Source: Candidatus Poribacteria bacterium
GTDB lineage: Bacteria > Poribacteria > WGA-4E > PCPOR2b
NCBI GenBank assembly: GCA_965208325.1
Contig: OZ242326.1
Span: 3,360,001-3,424,000, forward strand
Reading direction: 5' to 3'
Length of the DNA: 64,000 nucleotides
Shown: in pieces, positions 27,842 to 38,098 of the stretch
Layout of the letters: every line of letters starts with the position of its first letter
How positions within the stretch are numbered: position 1 is the stretch's first letter
The notes under the pieces: model-generated
What the model saw: only the letters and a program-made list of their open reading frames with translations
Database searches by the model: none
What the model was told of the DNA's origin: nothing
Translations under genes and position numbers: made by a program

Positions 27842-29094
27842 CAGGGCAAACGCACCTGATTATTCAGAATAGAGTTTCTAAAATAGTAGTCAAGTAATTG
27901 TTGTCCCATGCGGCTTTGAGCCGTTTGTTTGCGACGCCAAGTTTGGTTGACTTTTCAGCCTTGAGTAAATTGAGCGCGATGCGTCGGATAATGGCGAAGT
28001 TCTCTCCGCTGTTATCTTTACGAATCCGAGAGGCGTCCTCACGGAAAGCAACATCCAACACCCAATGACATGAGTTTTCAATCCGCCAGTGATGTCTGGT
28101 GGCTTCAAGCAACTGTTGTGCATCACCGGGAAGTGAAGAAATGTAGTAACGTGACTCCGTGGTTATCTTTTGGTTGACTTCGCGCTCGGCAATAACTTTG
28201 ACGATTGAGTTGAGATTGACAAAGTTTTCACTTGCTCTAAGCGTGGAAATTACACCGGGGTCTGCAATCGCATAAGCAGAACGGGTTTCAATACGTCCAT
28301 GATTGCCGTCAATTGTTTGCGTCGAGTTGACCTTTATATCTCTTATGTCGCCGGTTGAGACGCCATCAAACAGAAGTTGAACATCTTCATACAACTGTCC
28401 TTGATTGGCTTTAAGCGCGAAAACGTAGTCGGCTTCTGAATCCGCAATGGTTTGAGCGATGTCGGTTTGACAACCCATCGCATCAATAGTAACAATGCAC
28501 CCTGACACGTCCAATACTTCAAGCAATTGGGGTATGGCTGGAATCTCGTTCGACTTGTCGGCAACTTTAAGTTGTCCTAGCGCTACCCCTTGATGGCAGG
28601 CCCAAGCGCTAACCAAGTGAATGGCTGATTTGTTGTTATGAGTATCATAGGAACGACGAAGCTGTTTTCCGTCAACGGCAATCACTTGACCTTGTGTCAT
28701 TTCAATGGCACTCCGCATCCAGTTGATAAAACATGCCTCGAATTTGGCAGCGTTCATCGCACTAAACACACGCCTGAATGTATCGTGCGACGGGACGCCT
28801 TTCGGTAATTCCAAAAACTTGGCTAGCCATTCATGCTTGGCGTTTCCGAATGCTTCAATTGCCACCCAATTATCGGCGCCGCAAATAACCCCGCAGATAG
28901 TAATTACGACAATATCAAGCAATTTATGGGGTGTGCGACAATCAACTCGTCTAGGATCTGGCAATGACTCAAAATGCGCTTCAATAGAGGAAATAGGGGG
29001 ATTAGACATGGGGAATGCGCCTCTGGAAGATTTTACACAAGCATATCCCAAATTCCTCTCATGTCAAGCACAAAATTTAGATGCGTTTGCCCTG
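27842..29094 (-). mobile_element. Complete ISAs1-family insertion sequence
   Basis: TIRs CAGGGCAAACGCA / TGCGTTTGCCCTG. 10-bp target duplication TCATGGCACC at 27832-27841 and 29095-29104. Confidence 0.97.
27864..29009 (-). CDS. ISAs1 family transposase
   Basis: PSHDTF, IAVDGK, KSNEIPA, TIDAMGCQ, LKANQ, HGRIETR, HWRIENSCHWVLDV. Confidence 0.97.
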   Translation of the reverse strand: MSNPPISSIEAHFESLPDPRRVDCRTPHKLLDIVVITICGVICGADNWVAIEAFGNAKHEWLAKFLELPKGVPSHDTFRRVFSAMNAAKFEACFINWMRSAIEMTQGQVIAVDGKQLRRSYDTHNNKSAIHLVSAWACHQGVALGQLKVADKSNEIPAIPQLLEVLDVSGCIVTIDAMGCQTDIAQTIADSEADYVFALKANQGQLYEDVQLLFDGVSTGDIRDIKVNSTQTIDGNHGRIETRSAYAIADPGVISTLRASENFVNLNSIVKVIAEREVNQKITTESRYYISSLPGDAQQLLEATRHHWRIENSCHWVLDVAFREDASRIRKDNSGENFAIIRRIALNLLKAEKSTKLGVANKRLKAAWDNNYLTTILETLF

Positions 29095-29113
29095 TCATGG
29101 CACCCTTTGTCAC

Positions 29114-29143
29114 TTGACTTCATGGGCCAGCTCTGTGTATAAT
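29114..29143 (+). promoter_or_regulatory. Sigma70-like promoter of Arc/RHH gene 1
   Basis: TTGACT-18-TATAAT. Confidence 0.7.
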
Positions 29144-29177
29144 ACTAATAATAAATTCTTTGACCTATGGAGTGTTT

Positions 29178-29384
29178 ATGACAAAAGGAACAGAAAGCAC
29201 GCGGAAAACCACGCGCCAAAAATCTTTCGAGGAAGAGCCAATCCCGTTTCGGGTTCGCCTGGAGCCGAAACTTTACGAACGGCTACGGGCGAACGCTTTG
29301 AAGAACCGCAATTCGATTAGTTTTGAGATTCATCTGTTGCTGGAAAAGGCATTAGAAACGGTAGAGGCAGAACCTATTTCTTAA
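29178..29384 (+). CDS. Arc/MetJ-type ribbon-helix-helix DNA-binding protein, paralog 1
   Basis: PFRVRLEPKLYERLRANALKNRNSISFEIHLLLEKAL fits the Arc pattern FxLRxP...A..NxRSxNxE. Paralog at 52330-52515. Confidence 0.8.
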   Translation: MTKGTESTRKTTRQKSFEEEPIPFRVRLEPKLYERLRANALKNRNSISFEIHLLLEKALETVEAEPIS

Positions 29385-29645
29385 CCGCCGCACCAAAAGT
29401 TCGCGAAGTTATTTCAACTTCCTTCCCGCAGATTCACGAACGCCGGTTGCGGCTTTCTTTCAGCCTGCGTTCATCGGAGTCCGCAAGCGTTCAACCAGAA
29501 TCCCGCCCCGCTTACTGGTAACACTCACTTCTACCGCATCACACACAATATCTTTGATTTTGTCGTCGTGGTTGAGTTCAACTGAGCGACGGCGATAGTT
29601 CTATTTGAAAGCCAACGCTTTAGTAACCTCCCGACAACAGAAAAA

Positions 29646-29678
29646 CGTTGGGTTTCACTGCGTTCTACCCAACCTACG
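29646..29678. repeat. GTAG-type REP
   Basis: CGTTGGGTTTCACTGCGTTCTACCCAACCTACG, the compact form of the arms in the 9.8 and 11.8 kb elements. Confidence 0.8.
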
Positions 29679-29781
29679 AAAACTCGCACGAAACTCTTAC
29701 GACCGCATTGCGTTCACATAGGCAACAATATCTTACAATCCAGCGTAGAGCAGGAAAAAACACGTATCGTGGAGGCGTTTA

Positions 29782-32289
29782 ATGCAAGATTATCAACCGT
29801 TGGATATTTCCACACTTTGTAACGTTGGGCCTGAGGTGCTCGGTGAGAATGCCAAGCCCGCGATTGGCGCTCAGACCTTTCACGGGCTACCCTTCCAAAT
29901 AGGATTGTCTGGGGATACCGAAGGGAAGTGTTTTCTCGGTTTTGGTGAAGGCGTCAACACCGATTCGATTGTCGTGCCGTTGAATGCTAACCCGAAACGC
30001 ATCATCGCGGCGCATCGTCTGCTTGAATCGAAAATCCTGGAGGGCGATCCCGTCGGACGTTTAGCCGCAAACTATATCTTTCGCTATGCGAACGGTGAAG
30101 AGATTTGTGCGCCGATACGTGAACGCTTCGAAATCGCCGTTGTCCCGCCGGGATGGGGGCAGTTTCCGTTTCTGGCATGGCCGGACCAAAAGGATGGACT
30201 ACACCCCCGTGAAAGAGGGCATTGGGGCGAAACGGGATACCGCCAGACCGAGGCTACACAGGCGTGGCCCAACGACTACTACCTCTGGGTTTGGGAAAAT
30301 CCGAAGCCGGCGGAAACAATCGAATCCGTCCGAATCGTCCCCGAAGGGCCGAAATTTATCGTCGCCGCGATCACATTGGGGTACCTCGACGAAGATGTAA
30401 TTCCCCGGACGGCGACCCGCGAAGTTAAAATCACCTTGCCGCAGGCGGAAGACGCAGAGAAACCGTTCCGCATGGAAGTCGAGGTTGATCGCGGCGTCGC
30501 AACTTACCCCTATCCGTTGCCGGAGAAACCGGCGGATCAGTTCCTATGCGACGACCTCAAAGGGTGGGGCGAATCGCAAAACAACAAGAGCAGCCCCGCG
30601 TACGTTGAAGTATCGGCGACTCCTTCAGCGACGGTCACAGTCTCGAATCGCGGTGAGACCTTAGGCGAGGTGAAATGGGGCGAATTAGAGCAAGGCGGCA
30701 GCGTCCAACCGAACTCGCGCTTGCAGGTGGAAATTATCGACACGGGCAGAAACTGGGTGCATACAACGGTGCTCGATGACCAGACCGGCAAACCTGTGCC
30801 GTGCCGCGTCCACTTCCGCTCCGCGCAAGGCGTGCCTTACGCACCGCACGGGCATCACGCACACGTCAACTCGAACATGGATACATGGCATATCGACGTC
30901 GGCGGCGATGTTCGGCTTGGACAGATTAGCTACGCCTATATCGACGGCACGTGTCAGGGCTGGCTGCCGCGCGGCGAAGTTCTCGTTGATGTTGCACGGG
31001 GTTATGAATACGAACCGCTGCGGACTAAAATCGAAATTAAACCGGGGCAGCGCGAACTGGCGCTGCGGCTGAAGCGCTGGTGCGACATGAATGCCGAACG
31101 CTACTTCAGCGGTGATACGCACGTCCACTTCCTTTCCACCCAAGGGTCGCATACCGAGGCGCGGGGTGAAGACCTCAACGTTGTCAATCTACTGCTTTCG
31201 CAGTGGGGGCATCTCTTTACCAACACCGAGGAGTTCATCGGGCGTCCAAACGTATCCGATGATGGACGCAGTATCGTCTATGCGTCTCAGGAAAACCGCC
31301 AACATCTTCTGGGCCATCTCACGCTGCTTGGCTTGAAAAAACAGGTTAGCCCGTGGTGTTCCGACGGCCCCGGCGAAGCCGAACTGGGCGGCAATCTGGA
31401 AACCACGCTCTCGCACTGGGCGGACGCCTGCCACGAACAGGGCGGCACGGTTATCCTGCCGCATATTCCCGTTCCGAACTGTGAACCGGCAACCTTGATT
31501 GCAACCGGCCGCGTGGATGCGGTTGAATACCTGTTAGAAGCCATGTACGGGCATATCGAGTATTACCGGTATCTCAACTGCGGTTATAAGCTGCCGTTGG
31601 TTGGCGGGACGGACAAGATGACGAGTAATGTACCGGTCGGCATATACCGAACCTACGTCCATATCCCGGAAGACGAAGAGTTCAACTACGATAACTGGTG
31701 CAAGTATCTGAGTAGGGGCAACACTTTCCTCAGCGGCGGCCCCATTATTCGGTTAACCGTTGACGGACAGCCGATCGGAAGCACGATTAACCTACCCGGC
31801 AACGGCGGCACGGTGGAAGTCGAAGCGTCGGCGGAATCGATTTTCCCCATTCACACACTGCAAATTGTCCAACAAGGCAAGGTCGTTGCCTCGACCGACG
31901 AGCAAAAGGGCGCGCGGACGTTGCGCCTGAGGGCAACCCTGGCGATCGACAAACACACGTGGATCGCGGCTCGCTGCGGCGGTCCCGGTTATACGCAAGC
32001 CGTTCCGCACCACGACGGCTGGGGACGCGGCATTATCGCGCATACGTCCCCGATTTACATCGCCGTTGGCGGTGAATGGTGGATGTTCGATTCCGATGCG
32101 GCGAACTATATGTTAACGCTAATCGAAGGCGGATTGTCTTATATCCGTAGAACGGCGCACCACCATCGACCGGGCAGCGTTACCCACCATCACGGGGAGG
32201 AGGACCATCTCGCTTTCCTCGAACGTCCGTTTCAAGAAGCAAAAGAGGCGATTCACCGGCGGATGCACCGGATGGGGATCCCGCACTAA
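29782..32289 (+). CDS. CehA/McbA family metallohydrolase
   Basis: RGYEY, YFSGDTHVH, GHLTLLGL, YYRYLNCG, GGTD, RTYV, AHTSPIY. Confidence 0.88.
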   Translation: MQDYQPLDISTLCNVGPEVLGENAKPAIGAQTFHGLPFQIGLSGDTEGKCFLGFGEGVNTDSIVVPLNANPKRIIAAHRLLESKILEGDPVGRLAANYIFRYANGEEICAPIRERFEIAVVPPGWGQFPFLAWPDQKDGLHPRERGHWGETGYRQTEATQAWPNDYYLWVWENPKPAETIESVRIVPEGPKFIVAAITLGYLDEDVIPRTATREVKITLPQAEDAEKPFRMEVEVDRGVATYPYPLPEKPADQFLCDDLKGWGESQNNKSSPAYVEVSATPSATVTVSNRGETLGEVKWGELEQGGSVQPNSRLQVEIIDTGRNWVHTTVLDDQTGKPVPCRVHFRSAQGVPYAPHGHHAHVNSNMDTWHIDVGGDVRLGQISYAYIDGTCQGWLPRGEVLVDVARGYEYEPLRTKIEIKPGQRELALRLKRWCDMNAERYFSGDTHVHFLSTQGSHTEARGEDLNVVNLLLSQWGHLFTNTEEFIGRPNVSDDGRSIVYASQENRQHLLGHLTLLGLKKQVSPWCSDGPGEAELGGNLETTLSHWADACHEQGGTVILPHIPVPNCEPATLIATGRVDAVEYLLEAMYGHIEYYRYLNCGYKLPLVGGTDKMTSNVPVGIYRTYVHIPEDEEFNYDNWCKYLSRGNTFLSGGPIIRLTVDGQPIGSTINLPGNGGTVEVEASAESIFPIHTLQIVQQGKVVASTDEQKGARTLRLRATLAIDKHTWIAARCGGPGYTQAVPHHDGWGRGIIAHTSPIYIAVGGEWWMFDSDAANYMLTLIEGGLSYIRRTAHHHRPGSVTHHHGEEDHLAFLERPFQEAKEAIHRRMHRMGIPH

Positions 32290-32435
32290 GCATTAGGGAT
32301 AAGCCCCCATGCCTCCGTTTGAATGTGCGTCTTACTCACCCAGCAGACAGCGATTTCCAGTGAACGAGGCACATCACAGCGCCGTTAAGGTTTAACGGTT
32401 GAGCGCACACCGTTAAATCTACCACCCCATTTTCC

Positions 32436-32503
32436 TTGACTTTAGCCACAAAATTACATATAATTTAGTCATGCCTAAATTTTATTCGTGGGCATGCCTA
32501 ATA
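32436..32503 (+). promoter_or_regulatory. Sigma70 promoter with DtxR/MntR/TroR-type operator
   Basis: TTGACT-17-TATAAT (32436-32464). Palindrome TTTAGTCATGCCTAAA at 32464-32479 and second site GGGCATGCCTAATA at 32490-32503. Confidence 0.8.
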
Positions 32504-32604
32504 GTTTTTTTAGACTGCGCAGTGAATTGACATAGCGTCCAAATCATGACTATCAATTCGCACGGAGCGCGGTTTGAATCTTGACAGAAAGTGAAGTTGG
32601 TACA

Positions 32605-33534
32605 ATGCGTATCTTTGCATCTCTGCTGATAGTCGCCTCCATCGTGTTTTTACCGGCTTGCGGGCAACAGGATAAAGGGAAAAGTGCGGACCGGGTAGAT
32701 ATTGTCGCAACAATCGGCATGATTGCCGACATCGCGCACATTTTGGGCGGCGATCATGCCAAAGTGACTGCACTCATGGGACCCGGTATTGATCCGCACC
32801 TGTACAAAGCGAGCGCGGGCGATGTCGCCCGCCTGTCAAACGCGGACATTATTTTCTACAACGGCTTACATCTTGAAGCCAAACTGTCGGAGGTGTTAGC
32901 GCAAATGCCGGGCCGTGCCAAAACCGTCGCCGTCACAGACGGAATCGACCGGTCGGCGCTGCTCACGCCTCCGGAGTTTAAGGGCGCCTACGACCCACAC
33001 GTCTGGTTTGATGTTACGCTCTGGAAAAAGGCGGTTGAGGCGGTGCGTGACACGCTTGTTGAAGCGGACGCCGATCACGCTGAAGACTACCGGCGAAATT
33101 CGGACGATTATCTCGCTAAGCTGGATGAACTCCACCAATACGTACAGGCGCAAGCATCGCGTTTGACGCAAAATCAACGCGTATTGGTTACGGCTCATGA
33201 CGCATTCAACTACTTTGGCAAGGCGTACGGCTTCGAGGTGCGCGGACTTCAAGGCATCAGCACAGCCTCAGAAGCCGGCACCGCAGATATACAGGAGTTG
33301 GCTGAATTCATTGCGCAAGCCCGTATCCCGGCGATGTTTGTTGAAACGTCGGTGTCGCCGCGCAACATTGAAGCTGTACAGGCGGCAGTCAAATCGAGGG
33401 GGTTCGACGTAAAAATTGGCGGTCAACTTTTCTCCGATGCCATGGGGGAAGCAGGCACGCCAGAAGGCACGTACATCGGTATGATTCGCCACAATATTGA
33501 TACGATTGTGGAATCCCTCATGCCAGTTGAATAG
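32605..33534 (+). CDS. troA: Mn/Zn/Fe ABC transporter substrate-binding lipoprotein
   Basis: Lipobox LPAC; GPGIDPHLY; DPHVWFD; VTAHDAFNYF; LFSDAMG. Confidence 0.93.
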   Translation: MRIFASLLIVASIVFLPACGQQDKGKSADRVDIVATIGMIADIAHILGGDHAKVTALMGPGIDPHLYKASAGDVARLSNADIIFYNGLHLEAKLSEVLAQMPGRAKTVAVTDGIDRSALLTPPEFKGAYDPHVWFDVTLWKKAVEAVRDTLVEADADHAEDYRRNSDDYLAKLDELHQYVQAQASRLTQNQRVLVTAHDAFNYFGKAYGFEVRGLQGISTASEAGTADIQELAEFIAQARIPAMFVETSVSPRNIEAVQAAVKSRGFDVKIGGQLFSDAMGEAGTPEGTYIGMIRHNIDTIVESLMPVE

Positions 33535-33599
33535 GATATGGGTGCAACGATTCCTGACGCCTCCGTTCCGTAGCCGTGGACATCTTCATAGAGGGAAAA

Positions 33600-34421
33600 A
33601 TGGCAAATTATCCTGGTTCTCTAGCAATTGAAGTCGAAGATCTTACAGTGGCTTACCGTGATGAACCGGTGCTCTGGGATGTCGATTTGAACGTACCCAC
33701 CGGGGTTTTGATGGCGATAGTCGGACCCAACGGAGCGGGGAAAACAACGCTTATTAAGGTAATTTTGGGGTTAGTGGGGTCGGCAGCCGGGCGAGTCTCG
33801 ATTTACGGGCAGTCTTACGCCGCGCAGCGCCGGCTCGTGGGTTACGTGCCGCAGCGAGGCAGCGTGGATTGGGATTTCCCCACGAACGTGCTGGACGTGG
33901 TAATGATGGGGCGGTACGGCGCGCTGGGTTGGATTCGCCGACCGAAATCTAAAGAACGAAAACTAGCCTTGGAAGCGCTTGAAAAAGTTGGTATGGAAGC
34001 GTTTGCATCGCGACAGATTAGCCAGCTCTCCGGCGGACAACAGCAGCGTGTTTTTCTCGCACGCGCACTCATTCAAGACGCACAGATTTATCTTATGGAC
34101 GAGCCGTTTCAGGGAGTAGACGCAACGACTGAACGCGCAATAGTCTCCTTGCTGCAGGCACTGCGGGCGGCGGGGAAAACGTTGGTTGTCGTTCACCACG
34201 ACTTGCAAACCGTCGAAGACTACTTCGACTGGGTGACGCTGCTTAATGTACGGCGCATTGCCGGCGGGCCGGTCAATGAGGTATTTAATGAAAAGAATCT
34301 GCGGCTGACCTACGGCGGACGTGTGGCTTTCCTCAATCGAAATGGGAATGCGCACGACGAGACACAAACTGCGATAAAGCGGCCGAATAGCGAGGAACCT
34401 AACCGACAGGTGCGTGGCTGA
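33600..34421 (+). CDS. troB: Metal ABC transporter ATP-binding protein
   Basis: [39 protein letters not shown]. Confidence 0.95.
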   Translation: MANYPGSLAIEVEDLTVAYRDEPVLWDVDLNVPTGVLMAIVGPNGAGKTTLIKVILGLVGSAAGRVSIYGQSYAAQRRLVGYVPQRGSVDWDFPTNVLDVVMMGRYGALGWIRRPKSKERKLALEALEKVGMEAFASRQISQLSGGQQQRVFLARALIQDAQIYLMDEPFQGVDATTERAIVSLLQALRAAGKTLVVVHHDLQTVEDYFDWVTLLNVRRIAGGPVNEVFNEKNLRLTYGGRVAFLNRNGNAHDETQTAIKRPNSEEPNRQVRG

Positions 34422-34427
34422 CGGAGA

Positions 34428-35561
34428 TTGGAAATGCCCTTTCTGGAACTAGGCAGAGACCTGTTCTACGATTATACCCTTCGCACAGTGGCAATGGGTT
34501 CGGCGGTGCTCGGCGTGGTGAGCGGCGCACTCGGTGCTTACGCGGTGCTGCGGAAACAGAGTTTGTTGGGAGACGCGATTTCGCATGCGGCGCTGCCCGG
34601 TATAGCCCTGGCGTTCCTCCTGACGCAGAGCAAAGCCCCTCTTGTACTTGTGTTCGGCGCGGCGATAGCCGGATGGATTGGAACACTCCTTGTGATAAGC
34701 ATTGTCAACCAAACGCGAATCAAAGAGGACACCGCACTCGGTTTGGTGTTATCGGTATTCTTCGGTACGGGTTTGGTCTTGCTTACCTTCATTCAGAAGA
34801 TGCCGACCGCGAAGCAGTCCGGATTGGATACTTTCCTGTTCGGACAAGCGGCTGCGCTCATGGAGCATGATGTGATTACGATGGTTACTCTGGGAGGAAT
34901 CAGCCTTTTCGTTATGCAACTCTTTTGGAAGGAGTTTAAGCTGCTGTGCTTCGATTCCAATTTTGGCGCAAGCCTCGGCTTCCCGATGCGAATCCTTGAT
35001 GTTCTTTTGATTACGCTCCTCGTTGCAGCGATTGTAATAGGACTGCAAACGGTTGGCGTGGTATTGATGAGCGCCATGATTGTTGCGCCCGCCGCCGCCG
35101 CGCGGCAGTGGACAGATCGGCTCGGCGCCATGGTTGCACTCTCAGCCACATTTGGCGCAATTGCCGGTGTGTGCGGCGCGGTCATCAGCAGCAGTATGGC
35201 TCGTATGCCGACAGGCCCCACCATCGTGCTATGTATCAGTGCTATCGTGGTGGCGTCAATCACCATCGCACCCAATCGCGGGCTTGTGTGGAATTGGATA
35301 CGCAATCAACGTGAACGCCGAAAACTACAGATTGAAGTCGTGTTGAACAATCTCTACGCACTCGCTTCGCAGCATGCTGACCTCCGACATAGCCACTCGA
35401 TTGCTGCATTGGGTACGATGAGCGCAAACCGCAGCAACGTCCGTAACAGCCTCAAAGAGTTATCATCACGGGGATGGGTTGAGCGGGTTAGTTCCGATGA
35501 ATGGGCGTTAACACCGGAAGGGATTGTTCAAGCGCAACAGATTGCCGATCGGGGGAGGTGA
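34428..35561 (+). CDS. troC: Metal ABC transporter permease with C-terminal winged-helix tail
   Basis: SLLGDAISHAALPG, KEFKLLCFD; tail ...LKELSSRGWV...WALTPEG. Confidence 0.9.
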   Translation: MEMPFLELGRDLFYDYTLRTVAMGSAVLGVVSGALGAYAVLRKQSLLGDAISHAALPGIALAFLLTQSKAPLVLVFGAAIAGWIGTLLVISIVNQTRIKEDTALGLVLSVFFGTGLVLLTFIQKMPTAKQSGLDTFLFGQAAALMEHDVITMVTLGGISLFVMQLFWKEFKLLCFDSNFGASLGFPMRILDVLLITLLVAAIVIGLQTVGVVLMSAMIVAPAAAARQWTDRLGAMVALSATFGAIAGVCGAVISSSMARMPTGPTIVLCISAIVVASITIAPNRGLVWNWIRNQRERRKLQIEVVLNNLYALASQHADLRHSHSIAALGTMSANRSNVRNSLKELSSRGWVERVSSDEWALTPEGIVQAQQIADRGR

Positions 35562-36681
35562 TCTTGTTCATATGTCCCTCGAAGGGTTACAGATTCAACT
35601 GATTGCGGCTGTCGTTGCGGCGGCATGCGCCTTGCCGGGTGTGTTTCTCGTATTGCGCCGTATGGCGATGATGAGCGATGCAATTAGCCACGCTATTCTT
35701 CCCGGGATTGTTCTTGCTTTCTTCATTACTAAAAATCTTTCATCACCAATCTTAATTATTGCGGCGGCGGCTACCGGCGTGCTAACCGTAAGTTTGGTTG
35801 AGCTGCTTAACCGCACGAGACTTGTCAATGTAGATGCCGCTATCGGCATCACATTTCCCGCCCTGTTCAGTATTGGCGTGATTCTCATCGCCCGCTACGC
35901 GGAAAATGTGCATCTTGACACCGACGCCGTGCTATTGGGTGAACTGGCTTTCGCGGCGTTTCACCGGGTAGCGCTCTTTGGGCTGGACATCGGACCTCGT
36001 GCGTTTTGGGCAATGGCGGCAATTCTCATCATCAACATCGCCTTCATCAAGTTTTTCTATAAAGAACTGAAGTTGGCGACCTTCGATGCGGGCCTAGCTG
36101 CAACGCTCGGTTTCTCTCCCGGACTGATTCACTACGGTTTAATGACACTGGTTTCAATTACAATCGTCGGCGCGTTCGACGCTGTCGGGTCAATTTTGGT
36201 GGTTGCGTTGATGATTGCGCCGCCCGCAACGGCTTATCTGCTCACTGACCGGTTATCTCGCATGATATGGCTTAGCGGTGCATTTGGTATTGCCAGTGGG
36301 ATATCCGGATACTGGCTTGCACACTATCTGGATGCCTCCATCGCGGGTTCTATGGCGATGGTGACGGGCGTCTTCTTTAGTTTGGCGTTTCTGTTTGCGC
36401 CCCGCCGCGGCATCGTTGCCATCGCACACCGCCGGGTAAGCCAACGGTGGGAATTTGCGCAGACAATGCTCGCGATACACCTTTTTAGCCACGAAGGACT
36501 GCCCGAAGCAGAACGGGAATCGCACGTTAATCACCTCAGCAGCCATCTCCACTGGGAACCGGATTTTGCCCGTCAGGTGGTCAGGAACGCCGAACGCCGC
36601 GGCTTTATTCGCAATCACGGCGGCCGATTGGATTTAACCGACGAGGGACGCGAGATGGCGCAGTTAGCACTCGTGGAATAG
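35524..36681 (+). CDS. troD: Metal ABC transporter permease with C-terminal winged-helix tail
   Basis: MMSDAISHAILPG, VHLDTDAVLLGE, KELKLATFD; tail ...AERRGFI...LDLTDEGREMA. True start probably 35558-35572. Confidence 0.9.
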   Translation: MFKRNRLPIGGGDLVHMSLEGLQIQLIAAVVAAACALPGVFLVLRRMAMMSDAISHAILPGIVLAFFITKNLSSPILIIAAAATGVLTVSLVELLNRTRLVNVDAAIGITFPALFSIGVILIARYAENVHLDTDAVLLGELAFAAFHRVALFGLDIGPRAFWAMAAILIINIAFIKFFYKELKLATFDAGLAATLGFSPGLIHYGLMTLVSITIVGAFDAVGSILVVALMIAPPATAYLLTDRLSRMIWLSGAFGIASGISGYWLAHYLDASIAGSMAMVTGVFFSLAFLFAPRRGIVAIAHRRVSQRWEFAQTMLAIHLFSHEGLPEAERESHVNHLSSHLHWEPDFARQVVRNAERRGFIRNHGGRLDLTDEGREMAQLALVE

Positions 36682-36859
36682 ACCGTATCATCCGGATTTT
36701 TTGCTTGATCTTAGTATTCTCATCACCTATAATCTTCACGCATTCTTCAAATTTATAAACCTGCTTCATACGCGTACAAGCCCTCTGGCGGCAAGAAAGG
36801 ACGCATGAAGATTTACGGCGGGGATAACGACGAATAAAATCTGAACCCTCCATCAGGCG

Positions 36860-38098
36860 ATGCTTTTAGATTATCCCAAACTCCGTCCCATCGAAATTTT
36901 CCCGGTAGAAGCCGAAGGGCGCCAGCTATTGTGTCTTCGGGACGCTTTTCAGTACGTTTCTGAACCCATCTTTGTTCCCCGTGAAGTGCTTCCGATTCTG
37001 CAATATTTTGATGGACAACACTCCATCGTAGATATACAGGCGGAGTATGCCCGTAAGACCGGCGAAATATTGTTCAGCAATGTGATTACAAAAATTGCTG
37101 AAGAATTGGATGCTCACTTGATGATGGATAGTGAGAAATTCCGTGAATATCGACAAGAATTGGAAAGGGAGGTTCGAGAACAGAAAACCCGTCCCGCCGC
37201 CCACGCGGGCAGTGCATATCCAAGCGATGCCGATGAACTCAAAGCGCAGTTGACGGGCTACTTTCAGCCGCCGGAAGGGCCTGGACTGCCAAATGCGCCC
37301 GCCGAACCAGATAATGCATTGGTAGGTGTTATCGCGCCGCACATTGATTTGAGGCGCGGCGGGTCGTGTTTCGCACACGCTTACAAGGAGATTGCCGAGC
37401 GGTCCGCTGCGGAAATTTTCGTCATCCTCGGCGTCAAGCACACCGGCGGGAACGGAATGTACACAGCGACGTATAAGGATTTCGAGACACCGTTAGGGGC
37501 AGTAAAGACGGATACCGATTTCATTGATCTGATTCGACAACATTACGGCGGAGATTTGTTGGAGGATGAGTTTTTTCATAGGAACGAGCACTCCATTGAG
37601 TTTCAGGCAGTGTTTCTGCAATCCCTTTTTGGCGAATCCCGGCGTTTCCAAATTGTCCCGATTATATGCAACTCCTTTGATTCGCTGCTGATTAACGGGA
37701 AACCCCCGCGTGATGAACCGCTGGTACAAGGATTTATCGAAGGATTAAAGCGCGCAATCGAGGCGTGCGACGCTTCTGTCTGCATTATCGCTAGCGTCGA
37801 TTTGAGCCATATTGGCAGTAGATTTGGGGACGGCTTTCGGCTTGATACGCCCGCGCTGCAGCGCATTCGAGCGTCGGACCTGGAAATGCTTGGTGCGGTA
37901 GAGCGCAGGGATTCTGGTGCCTTCTTGGAGACGATTCAACGCACGAAAAACCGGCAGCGGGTCGATGGCGTGTGTCCGATTTACACGCTGCTTGAAACGC
38001 TGAATCCGGCGGCGGGGAAGTTGCTCCGATATGAGCAGGGACTCGAACCGGAGGCGAACTCGGTTGTGACGTTTGCAAGTATGGGGTTTTTTGCGTGA
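36860..38098 (+). CDS. amrB: MEMO1-family protein (AmmeMemoRadiSam protein B) with N-terminal extension
   Basis: RPAAHAGSAYP, IAPHID, FETPLG, HRNEHSIEFQ, IASVDLSHIG. Confidence 0.9.
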   Translation: MLLDYPKLRPIEIFPVEAEGRQLLCLRDAFQYVSEPIFVPREVLPILQYFDGQHSIVDIQAEYARKTGEILFSNVITKIAEELDAHLMMDSEKFREYRQELEREVREQKTRPAAHAGSAYPSDADELKAQLTGYFQPPEGPGLPNAPAEPDNALVGVIAPHIDLRRGGSCFAHAYKEIAERSAAEIFVILGVKHTGGNGMYTATYKDFETPLGAVKTDTDFIDLIRQHYGGDLLEDEFFHRNEHSIEFQAVFLQSLFGESRRFQIVPIICNSFDSLLINGKPPRDEPLVQGFIEGLKRAIEACDASVCIIASVDLSHIGSRFGDGFRLDTPALQRIRASDLEMLGAVERRDSGAFLETIQRTKNRQRVDGVCPIYTLLETLNPAAGKLLRYEQGLEPEANSVVTFASMGFFA

